A stretch of DNA of 64,000 nucleotides, taken from positions 222,952,001 to 223,016,000 of the forward strand of contig OZ024742.1 in NCBI GenBank assembly GCA_964016885.1. The letters run 5' to 3'. Position numbers and translations under genes: made by a program. The DNA comes from Eledone cirrhosa (taxonomy: Eukaryota). This document shows, piece after piece, positions 56,089-64,000 of this stretch; positions within the stretch are counted from its first letter, which is position 1, and each line of letters starts with the position of its first letter. The notes under the pieces were generated by a model. That model did no database searches. It was not told the origin of the DNA and saw only the letters and a program-made list of their open reading frames with translations.

Positions 56089-56415
56089 TGAACTCTTTTG
56101 ATACTAAACCACCTGAAACTGCCACTGGTCCTACAATACAAAACAGATTGTTTACCGTGTTTATATTTATCTAAAAACCTTCCATCATAATTTTATGTAA
56201 GAAATTTTGTTAGGTTATGCTCCAAACACCAGCTTAATAATGAAAAATGGTTTTATTAAACACCAATTATGATCAAAACGCTAGCTTTTGAAAGTTAAGT
56301 TATATTACTGAACACCAGCTCGATAATGAGAATGTTAGTTATTTTATGTTATGTTCATAATGATTTGAAAATCAGGCAGTTTCTTTCATTAGAAATATGG
56401 TGATAAAAAGGTTAA
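56089..56415. mobile_element. TTAA-bounded AT-rich MITE-like element (piggyBac-type ends), opposite orientation to the 61360 copy
   Basis: Aligns along its length with the reverse complement of 61360-61616 (e.g. CATAATTTTATGTAAGAA..TTTGTTA.GTTATG.TCCAAACACCA and CTTTCATT.GAAATATGGT.ATAAAA.GGTTAA). Ends in GGTTAA. Confidence 0.7.
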
Positions 56416-56514
56416 CAAAGGTTCTTACATAAAAATATGGAAATTTTAAAATAAGCAGCTTCATATTATTGAAACAGGGACAGTTTCAGGGAGTTTGATC
56501 TCAAAATGGTAAAA
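56412..56514. mobile_element. Partial copy of the same MITE-like family in inverted orientation, abutting the previous copy at a shared TTAA
   Basis: TTAACAAAGGTTCTTACATAAAA is identical to 61491-61513, followed by similar AAAATAA.CAGCTT...ACAGTTTCA...GTTTG. Confidence 0.65.
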
Positions 56515-56619
56515 TATGAGGTTAATATTTTGAGAAATCAGTGACTTATTAACCAACAGTTTTATCAACAACTTATGCTGTGAATGTTTTTAATTCTCAC
56601 TGCTTCTTCTTTATTACAG

Positions 56620-56731
56620 ACGTCATACTCAGTATTATGGTGGCTATCACAACAATCACAGAGTTATCAACTGGTTATGGGATATTGTCGATCATGACTT
56701 TAATGCTCTTGAGAGAAGTCTTTTCCTCAAA
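56620..56731 (+). CDS. UBE3B: UBE3B-like HECT domain, third-from-last coding exon
   Basis: Acceptor CTTCTTCTTTATTACAG|A and donor AAA|GTAAGT. Phase matches the previous exon (AG+A = Arg). Translates [37 protein letters not shown]. Not in the ORF track. Confidence 0.95.
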
Positions 56732-56819
56732 GTAAGTTACTCGTTAGATTTAATTTTATCTGAATTTCTTGGATGAGGAATTAACATTATATTTGTTTCT
56801 ACTTTTGACACAGGGCCAG

Positions 56820-56979
56820 CAATTATCCCAGTGCATTACTGGGGCTTTATTTTATCGACCCTCTAAGGATGAAAGGCAAAGTTAAACGCGGCGGGATTTG
56901 AACTCAGACCGTAAAGGGCCATAACTCTATGCTGCAAAACCTGGCGTCCGACCCTCTACTTATAGTGCCAGTCCACTGT
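56820..56979 (-). mobile_element. tRNA-derived SINE (family A), antisense
   Basis: The reverse complement contains a B-box-like GAGTTCAAATCCC followed by AACTTTGCCTTTCATCCTT..GGGTCGATAAAATAAA. The same core recurs at ~57060-57140, ~62620-62690 and ~62830-62900. Confidence 0.75.
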
Positions 56980-57005
56980 TTATCATTATAAGAAACTGAT
57001 TTAGG

Positions 57006-57204
57006 ACAGTGGATTAGCAGAATCATTTGAGCATTGAACAGAATGCTTTGTGGTATTTCTTTCAAATCCTTCTGAGGTCAACTTTACCTATCATCCTTCT
57101 GGGTTCAATAAAATAAAGTATGAGTCAAACACTGGGGTCAATATAATCAATCCCTTCCATAAAAAAAAAAATGCAAGTTTTGGCCTAAATTAGAAATTAT
57201 TATT
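57006..57204 (+). mobile_element. tRNA-derived SINE (family A), sense
   Basis: ACAGTGGATTAGCAGAATC...TTCAAATCC...GAGGTCAACTTTACCTATCATCCTTCTGGGTTCAATAAAATAAAGTA...ACTGGGGTCAATATAATCAA...TTAGAAATTATTATT; homologous to the adjacent antisense copy. Confidence 0.75.
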
Positions 57205-57454
57205 GCTGACCTTATTCCTATGTTAGAAACAATTATTGTAAACGGATTTATTTTATACTGGACCTTAATTGATTTTAATCAGCTTGACTCGAGGATCAAT
57301 TTGCTTACCAGATTCAATGGAGATTAGAATTGGCTATATATATATATATTTACTAACCCAGGGATTAAACTCATGACCTTTAGATAGACATGTTTAAGCA
57401 GAACAAGCATGCAATGTCACAAGTAACTAATAAACTAATATGAGGATATATGAC

Positions 57455-57545
57455 TGAAAGATTGGTGGAGTTGTTAAAGAGTTGGATGGGATGTTTTGTG
57501 ATATCTGTTCCAGTTCTTTATGTTTTGATTTCAAATCCAACCACC
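57455..57545 (+). mobile_element. 5' fragment of family A SINE
   Basis: ATTGGTGGAGTTGTTAAAGAGTTGGATGGGATGTTTTGTGATATCTGTTCC...TTCAAATCC closely parallels 62911-62990. Confidence 0.55.
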
Positions 57546-57779
57546 TTTCACTGAAAAAGCTGTGAGGCTTTCTCTTCCCCAGAGGCTTACCTAAGAAAGT
57601 AATCATAAACTTTCTCAAATACCAATGGAAATATATTCATGACATTTTGTACTCTGTTGTAATCATAAATAACAATTAAAACTCCTTAATTTACAATAGT
57701 TGCATCTAATTATAAATGCAATACATATGGTATCAAAATGAAGATGGCCTCCTATATGAGTGAGCCACATGAGGTAGAC

Positions 57780-58155
57780 TGGTTCTTTCAGCACATTTAC
57801 CTCGCCATTCTCCAAGGTAATGCATTCACCATTTTGTTGCCAAGACCATAAAACATTTGCATGACATGACAACCTCCCTTGTGTTGGGAATTGACATGAT
57901 AAATGATCACCCAGTACACTATGTAAAGTAGTTGAGGATAGGAAGTACATCTAGCCATAGGAAATTTGCCAAACTCAAACAAAAGCTTGGGAAGACTCTT
58001 CGGCTATGCCAAAGGCATGACAACTTTCCTAGTGTTGGTACCACCATAAAATGCACTTGATAGAGCACAGAAGCTCCAGTTGAGTACTGACTGGTCTAAA
58101 ACATGCCCAACCCTTGCTTGGAGGGAAAACAGATGTTAAACACTGTTGATGATAT
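57780..58155 (+). mobile_element. Degenerate SINE (family B), sense; left boundary uncertain
   Basis: CACCCAGTACACTATGTAAAGTAGTTGAGGATAGGAAGTACATCTAGCCATAG and the tail CCAACCCTTGCTTGGAGGGAAAACAGATGTTAAA..TGATGAT are complementary to parts of 55444-55730. Confidence 0.55.
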
Positions 58156-58251
58156 TTTGATTGTTCAAGATACGCATGTCTGTTGTGTTTCATTGAAAAG
58201 TCAGATCTGTACATTTTAATGACATGTATTTATTTTCTGTCTGTATTTTAG

Positions 58252-58344
58252 TTTGTCACAAGCTGTTCTAAACCTCCACTGTTAGGTTTCTCCACACTTG
58301 ATCCTGCATTTTCCATTCGGTGTGTAGAAGTTAGTGATGATCAG
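58252..58344 (+). CDS. UBE3B: UBE3B-like HECT domain, penultimate coding exon
   Basis: Acceptor TATTTTAG|TTT and donor CAG|GTAAGG, 93 bp, phase 0/0. Translates [31 protein letters not shown] (HECT C-lobe FVTSCSxPPLLGF motif of UBE3B/UBE3C). Confidence 0.96.
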
Positions 58345-58402
58345 GTAAGGATTGACAAATCTATATAAATAATGTTTGTACAGTATTTTATTCATATTTA
58401 CC

Positions 58403-58505
58403 ATGAGGTCCTTTTTGAGGTAATGCTTTATGGCTAAATGTCCTTGGTGTCAACCCCTTTAGTTGCCTCTTAAGATGCATAGAGATATGGTGTTCCTATT
58501 CTAAA
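58403..58505. repeat. Dispersed repeat shared with 61254-61352 (SINE-related fragment)
   Basis: ATGAGGTCCTTTTTGAGG (18/18 identical) followed by GATATGGTGT.CC.ATTCTAAA at both loci, same orientation. Confidence 0.75.
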
Positions 58506-58544
58506 GGTATAGAGCCAGTGATGAATGTCATGGAGAGAAATGGA

Positions 58545-58775
58545 ATGAGATGGTTTGGTCAGGTGTTGAAGGAATAGTGAGAAAATGATGGGAATGATAG
58601 AAGGAAGTAGAGGAAGGGAAAGACCAAGAAAGACATGGCAAAAATTGATAAAGGAGGAAAGGCAAGTCAAGCGATTGGGGAGTGTAGGAAGTAGACAATG
58701 GAACAATTATAAATGATAGGGAAAATGAAGATGCTTGTTATGCTTTTCTGCAAGACTAATTCTTGCTTTAGCAGG
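58545..58775 (+). mobile_element. Decayed 3' end of an RTE-like non-LTR retrotransposon
   Basis: Translates MRWFGQVL (58545-) and, after a stop, MIEGSRGRERPRKTW (to 58638). These match the 'RWFGHV...GRGRPRKTW' motifs found after the RT domain of RTE-clade LINE ORFs. Right boundary approximate. Confidence 0.65.
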
Positions 58776-59529
58776 GATCAATCGATCCTGTCGCCGCAAC
58801 TGGTGCAGCCAGTCGTTCAGGTGCCACCCTAGATGTTTTCATAGTCAGCCATTGCCATTAGTCTCTATTCACTGTCATACGTAGAAGAGTCTCAGTATTG
58901 TGACCAGTCAAGTCTTTGATGTTGTTGGACCAGGATATTCTTTGTCTGCTCTCCTTTGCCCAGAAGGATGGTTTTAGACTAGCAGTTGTAGCAAGAGATA
59001 TGAGCACACACGCACACTAAGAAATAATGTATGGGTTGGCATAAGGAAGGATGTCATCTGCCTGTATTCTCAGGTCCCAAATAAGTTAGGGGAGGGTGAG
59101 GTGTTAGAAAATTAGTAATTTTTCTAGGTTGTCTCCATTGATTTAAAAAAAAAACAGAATTGTTTATTTAGTTTACATATTGAGACCCCAATCCATCCTA
59201 TTTATTTTATGACGTATGGGATTCTAGTAATGTTTTTTTTTGTCATGTATAAAGAAAATTAATTGTCACAGGAATGCTACCACTTAAAATAAAATTTTGC
59301 CAGAGAGAGATTAGCAAAATTTAATAAATATGTGTGTGTGGCAGGGAGCTGGGGTCTGAATAAAAGTGAGGGTGGTGGGAAAAAAAATCTCAAAAATTAA
59401 TGTGGGGATGGGGGGGGGGGGGCATTGTTTGAAGCCCGAAAGCAGAAGGAAAAGTGGACTTAAGATCGATGATGTTGATGATTTCTCCCCCTCCTCTTCA
59501 ATCAATCTTCGCTTCTCTTTATCTTCCAG

Positions 59530-59721
59530 GACACCGGGGATACAGTTGGCAGCGTTCTTAAAGGATTCTTCAATATTCGAAAGAAAGACCCTATCGGCCG
59601 TCTACCAACATCTTCCACTTGTTTCAACCTCCTCAAACTACCCAACTACCAGAAGAAGAGTACCTTGAAAGAGAAACTACGATATGCCATCCATTCAAAC
59701 ACTGGCTTTGAGTTATCTTAA
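59530..59721 (+). CDS. UBE3B: UBE3B-like HECT domain, terminal coding exon with catalytic cysteine and stop
   Basis: Acceptor CTTTATCTTCCAG|GAC. Translates [63 protein letters not shown]. Catalytic Cys codon TGT at 59620-59622 and TAA at 59719-59721. The DDQDTGDT..SVL.GFF insert and GFELS end are characteristic of UBE3B. Confidence 0.97.
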   Translation, partial: DTGDTVGSVLKGFFNIRKKDPIGRLPTSSTCFNLLKLPNYQKKSTLKEKLRYAIHSNTGFELS

Positions 59722-59739
59722 CAACCTTCATCTGGTGTA

Positions 59740-59774
59740 GTGTGTGTGTGTGCGTGTATAAATGTGTGTGTGTG
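59740..59774. repeat. Interrupted (TG)n microsatellite just after the stop codon
   Basis: GTGTGTGTGTGTGCGTGTATAAATGTGTGTGTGTG. Confidence 0.85.
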
Positions 59775-59808
59775 CAGAATGTCATTTCAGTTGACAGCCA
59801 AATACAAT

Positions 59809-60360
59809 ACAGCTGTATAGAGCTATGGATGTGGAAAATATAGCTATGGGTGTGGAAAATACAGCTATAAACACAAGGTGTAGGTGTGGAAATACAACTG
59901 CAGGTACAGCTGTAGATGTGGAAATGCATTTATGAATGCAGCTATAGATGTGGAAATGCATTTATGAATGCAGCTATAGATGTGGAAATGCATTTATGAA
60001 TGCAGCTATAGATGTGGAAATGCAATTATGAATGCAGCTATAGGTGTGGAAATTCTGTTGTGGATGTGGAAGTACAGTTATATATTGCTGTAAAAGTGGA
60101 AATGGAGTTCTCACAACTATGGATGTGGAAATATATGTTTATAGAAATGCACCTGTGGATGTGGAAATGCATCTATATATACAGCTGTGAATGTGGAAGT
60201 TCAGTTATATATATACCCATAGTTGTGGAAACATAGCTATAGACTACACCTATGAGTGTGGAAAATGCAGCTGTTTAAACAGCTAAAAGTATAAAAAAAT
60301 AAGCTCTGGGTGTGGGAATGTAGCTCTGGACACAGCTATGGGTGTGGAAAATACAGCTAC
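59809..60360. repeat. 32-bp minisatellite (about 4.5 near-perfect units at 59907-60053) within a degenerate CAGCT...TGTGGAAA repeat field in the presumed 3' UTR
   Basis: Unit CAGCTATAGATGTGGAAATGCATTTATGAATG starts at 59907, 59939, 59971, 60003 and (partial) 60035. The TGTGGAA motif recurs many more times on both sides. Confidence 0.9.
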
Positions 60361-60511
60361 ATTTGTTCAAATGAGATATATCAGTGAAAATATATTAAAA
60401 ATAAGAATATGAAATTTAAGAAAAAAGGCTTAAAAAGATATACATTCCTGAAGCTTTACTTTAAAAACAAACAAAAATGAAAGAATTTGTGGAGATCACA
60501 CAGACATTTCA

Positions 60512-60517
60512 AATAAA
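60512..60517 (+). promoter_or_regulatory. Candidate polyadenylation signal
   Basis: First AATAAA I found downstream of the stop (~790 bp), followed by a T-rich tract. The region is AT-rich so a chance match is plausible. Confidence 0.3.
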
Positions 60518-60824
60518 GCAATAATTTTTTTTAGATTTAATTTGGAAAAAAATTAGCAAAATTGGTGAGACTGTGATTGGCACTGTAGAGTCTTCTATTT
60601 ACTTCTGTATTGTTCTGACATTATTAACCTTTTTCATTTTAAAAAACACAACATAAACAACAAAAATGCATGAAGAGTGAAAACAGTCTTAAATACATCA
60701 TATACATATTTATTTTTCTATGTGAAAGCTAAACTTCTTAGTTTTGCAGGGTTTATGTAAATCACATGTGTTCATATGTTTGGGAAATATTACAAATTTA
60801 AAAGACAAAAACAAAAATATAATA

Positions 60825-61049
60825 TTAACCCTTTTGTGACTGTATTTTTTATGAAATACACTCTATTTCAATTAATTAATAGGAATTTTTTAGAGAGTTA
60901 CTAAAATTATGAATAATTTCATTACTAAGAGAGTAACTTAACATATGGTTCTTATATATAATTATTTTGGAAGAATGTAATTTAAATATAAACCTTTAAA
61001 ATGGTATTGTTTTCATAGAACCAGTGCCAGTTTTGAATCAAAAGGTTTA
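60825..61049. mobile_element. Diverged copy of the TTAA-bounded MITE-like family
   Basis: Starts TTAACCCTTTTG, contains AACTTAACATATGGTTCTTATATATAATTAT (cf. 61488 AACTTAACAAAGGTTCTTACATAAAATTAT) and TCATAGAACCAG, and ends AAAAGGTTTA. Confidence 0.6.
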
Positions 61050-61139
61050 TGGCCATTTCCCCCTGCTAAAGCAGGGGTTAGTTTTGCAGGCTTCATGACA
61101 AGCTTCATACATGGTTTTTTAATTTTTATTTTGAAAGAA

Positions 61140-61352
61140 TGTTTTTTGGCTGAATGCCTTTTCTGTGCCAACCTTTTTTGTCATTTCTTAGGACATACAG
61201 GAACACGGTGTACCTATTCTGAAATAGACACACAGATAAAATATTATGACATTATGAGGTCCTTTTTGAGGCAATATTTTACAGATGAGTGTCCTTCCTG
61301 GCATCAGTCCTCTCAGTCACCTCACAATTGGATATGGTGTACCCATTCTAAA
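61140..61352. repeat. Two adjacent SINE-related fragments, each ending GGTGTACC.ATTCT; the second matches 58403-58505
   Basis: GGCTGAATGCCTTTTCTGTGCCAACC...GGTGTACCTATTCTGAAA, then ATGAGGTCCTTTTTGAGG...GGTGTACCCATTCTAAA. Confidence 0.6.
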
Positions 61353-61359
61353 TTATTTT

Positions 61360-61616
61360 TTAACCATTTTATTACCATATTTCAAATGAAAGATGTTGCC
61401 TATGAATTTCAATGAAAATAATCAAGAATTTGGAGGGATTTAGTAATATGACTAACTTTCTCATTATAAAGTTGGTGTTTGGAACATAACTTAACAAAGG
61501 TTCTTACATAAAATTATGTCTAAAGGTTTTTCGATAAATATAAATATTTAAAAATAAACAGCTTAGTATCATAGAATCAGGAACAGTTTCAAGCTGTTTG
61601 GTATAAAAAGAGTTAA
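61360..61616. mobile_element. Complete TTAA-flanked MITE-like element (~250 bp, piggyBac-type target site)
   Basis: TTAA at both ends (61360-61363 and 61613-61616). Imperfect inverted termini CCATTTTATTACCA ... TGGTATAAAAAGAG. Homologous copies at 56089, 56412 and 60825. Confidence 0.7.
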
Positions 61617-61726
61617 ACATAAGAAATATATGTGTATATGATATGTATTTAAGACTTTCATCAAATGTCATATGCTGTATTTTGGTACTTAAATGTTTTA
61701 AAACAAACCATTGTTATATGATGTAA

Positions 61727-61728
<2 letters not shown>

Positions 61729-61800
<72 letters not shown>
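61729..61800. repeat. (AT)36 microsatellite
   Basis: Perfect AT dinucleotide run of 72 bp. Confidence 0.99.
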
Positions 61801-61802
<2 letters not shown>

Positions 61803-62164
61803 ACTAACTTCAAAGTGAATCTTAGTTTAATAAATAAAGAGTCACCACAACTGTACATAAAAACACTGGAATAATAAATATTTCCTGACTGAGAATTATG
61901 ATTCTTTAACAGAGGCATCTTGTCAATCATTACATTACAACAGCTCCAAATCATGTGAAATATTTCAAAGAAACACATTATTATTATGTATATGAACCAT
62001 TGTGAGATATAAAAGAATGTATTGGGAAATCCAGTGCAATGCAAATAAAAAATAGTTCCAACATTATATATCCTATTTTCATTGCACCAGCTTTCCCTAA
62101 ACATACTTGATTATTAGAATGGTGATGATGAGACTGTTGGCTGAATTGGTTGTAGTTCAGTCGG

Positions 62165-62440
62165 GAATTGTGACTGGCAGATAGTCTCAGCAACAGAAGA
62201 CCAATGGAAACATTGTTTCCTTGGTTTGATCTGATCCCTTCTTTTTATATATAAGCAGTGACACTTCTACCAGAAGTTATGACTGATAAATAGTATCAGC
62301 AATGGAAACATAGCTTCCTTGGTTTTTACCTGATGATCAGCTCTTTTCCTTTCTGCCAGGTGTTATGACTGACAGATACTATCAGCAATGGAGACATAGT
62401 TTCCATGGTCTAATAGGATGATCAGCACTTTTCTTTTTTC
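62165..62440. repeat. Degenerate ~85-100 bp tandem repeat (3 units), with a fourth detached unit at ~63015-63110
   Basis: CAATGGAAACATTGTTTCCTTGGT (~62203), CAATGGAAACATAGCTTCCTTGGT (~62300), CAATGGAGACATAGTTTCCATGGT (~62386) and CAATGGAAACAGTTTCCTTGAT (~63054), each preceded by TT(A/G)TGAC...AGTATCA-like sequence. Confidence 0.75.
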
Positions 62441-62569
62441 TTTATAAACAGGTAAGTATTTGGTGTCACCTTGTATAGGCTATCATTGTGTTCAGGAACA
62501 GAAAATTAAAAAATAAATACAATTATTAAAAAATATTTTACTTTATTAGTTGTATATATACAAGGTAAT

Positions 62570-62991
62570 CAGTTTAGCAGTTATTAGAAAGTTGGATATT
62601 AGTTCCGACTATTTGTGCACTGAGTTCAAATCCCATCAGAGGTAAACTTCATCTTTCATCATTTTGGGGTTAAGTCAAGTACTGGGGTTGATTTAATCAA
62701 ATCTCCCTTCCCTCTAAATTATTGGTCTTGTGTCTTAATTAGAAATATTGCTTTAATATTTGTAAAAATTGTCAGTCATTAGAATGTCAGATTAAATTCT
62801 TTGCAGTATTTTTTCTGCTATCTGTACTCTGCATTCAAATTCTGCTGAGATCAACTTTGTCCCTCATCCTTTCAGGGTTAATAACTAAAGTATCAGTTCA
62901 GGGATGTTGGATTGGTAGAATTGTTAAAGAGTCAGCGAGATGCTTTGCAGTATCTATTCCTGTTCTGTATATTCTCGGTTCAAATCTCACC
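62570..62991 (+). mobile_element. Cluster of three tandem family A SINE remnants (~62570-62750, ~62770-62900, ~62905-62991)
   Basis: Each contains a B-box-like TTCAAAT (TGAGTTCAAATCCC, GCATTCAAATTC, CGGTTCAAATCTC). The first two continue AACTT....TCATC.TTT..GGGTT as at 57080. Confidence 0.7.
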
Positions 62992-63527
62992 TCTTGTCAC
63001 AGGAGAAAAAGTGACTCTTCTGCTAGTAGTTGTGACCAGCAGACAGTATCAACAATGGAAACAGTTTCCTTGATTAAATCTAAGGTTCAGCCTTTTCCTT
63101 CCTTTCTTATATATATGATGAATCAGTTGTAGTGTGTAAAGAGGATTGTACAGATATGTGATGCATAAGAAGGAAAACAGTTGGATGAAGTGTCATATGA
63201 TCCAAGTGAAAGAAAGCCGAGGAAGGAGTGTCATGTGATCTGATCCAAGTGGAAAGAAGCTGCGGGAGAGGAAGAAGAGATGAAGGTTGTCTCAATGCTG
63301 ATAAGGTTTTTATCATAGAACCAGGAGCAATTGAGTATCAAAAAGTTTAGATAAATAGTAGCTAATCTCAATAAAAGTTGATTGAATTACTACATTGGTA
63401 GAAGGCACCAAAACTGTACGGAGAGTGTATAGTCAGTAGAATGAACCACATGGTATGTTCACAGTACATATTTGACACACCTTGGTATGATATTAACTGT
63501 TCATATTTTACAGACCTTCCTATTCTA

Positions 63528-63690
63528 GGCAGCAGAGTTGTTAGGATGTTGGATTAAAAATGTCTCAATGTTTGTTTCAGCTCACTGAACTCAAATCTTT
63601 TCAAGGTTGATACATAAAGTACCAATTCAATACTGGGTTGTCATTATCTCTTCCTTTGTTTCTCACTCTTTATCTAGAAGAAATTGTTTG
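63528..63690 (+). mobile_element. Highly degenerate family A SINE
   Basis: GCAGAGTTGTTAG...TGAACTCAAATC...ATAAAGTACCAATTCAATACTGGG...TAGAAGAAATT follows the same motif order as 57006-57204. Confidence 0.45.
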
Positions 63691-63933
63691 TGTCCAGACC
63701 TGGAGAGGGATGGGCTCCACAGGCTTAAAATGCCTAAGACACACTATGTGTCATTACAGCACTCCTACAATTCTATCAACAGTTAAGAGCCATTTAGTTG
63801 CTTTTCTGGAAGACATGTTGAACAGAGAAAATAAATCTGACTCTACAACAATGGCAAAAACTACCAAGATAAGATCTTATATGCTGTGAAATATAGTATT
63901 TGGTCTTGGAGAAAATTGCAATTCTGATTGATA

Positions 63934-64000
63934 TATGAGGGTTGGCTGAAAAGTTCATAGGCTGACCAAGATACTCTCATGGAATGAGACCAAATGAGGT
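63934..64000. mobile_element. Probable left end of a Tc1/mariner-type element or MITE, truncated by the window edge
   Basis: TA|TGAGGGTTGGCTGAAAAGTTC resembles the mariner terminus TA|CGAGGGnnnnnnAAAAGT with CpG decay. The matching right TIR is not in the window. Confidence 0.5.

Noticed and set aside
56895-56910. tRNA gene suggested by the GTTCAAATCCC T-loop motif (also at 62620-62635)
   Set aside because: No cloverleaf can be built. The motif sits in a multi-copy element with a shared downstream core, consistent with tRNA-derived SINE heads.
62430-62460. Strong AG|GTAAGT site (TTTTTTCTTTATAAACAG|GTAAGT) as exon end or recursive site
   Set aside because: It lies ~2.7 kb past the stop codon with no supportable upstream exon or ORF. 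It cannot be distinguished from chance without transcript data.
55431-63889. Remaining short ORFs in the track (e.g. 59366-59668, 59633-59929, 61661-62104)
   Set aside because: They overlap SINEs, microsatellites or real exons in the wrong frame or strand, have low-complexity translations (IYIYIY, HTHTH) and no recognisable domains.

Overview
Eukaryotic (animal) genomic DNA. The interspersed repeats resemble Octopus/cephalopod SINEs as I remember them, so that taxonomic call is unverified. Bases 1-~55,038 are one uninterrupted head-to-tail array of a 62-bp satellite (about 890 monomers, running off the left edge) with clear nested higher-order duplications. Starting 141 bp after the array, four + strand exons (55180-55362, 56620-56731, 58252-58344, 59530-59721) splice in frame through canonical GT-AG introns. 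They encode the C-terminal HECT domain of a UBE3B-type E3 ubiquitin ligase, including the catalytic Cys and the GFELS* terminus. The first exon starts mid-domain, so the satellite appears to fill an intron of at least 55 kb in a conserved gene. Every monomer carries a pyrimidine tract plus AG on the sense strand, and a recurrent variant gives CAG|GT, resembling a recursive splice site. The rest is introns and 3' flank with tRNA-type SINEs (one head-to-head inverted pair), TTAA-bounded MITE-like elements, an RTE-like LINE fragment, a mariner-like end, a 32-bp minisatellite and microsatellites. No CRISPR array or prokaryotic system is supported, and almost all entries in the ORF track are spurious.
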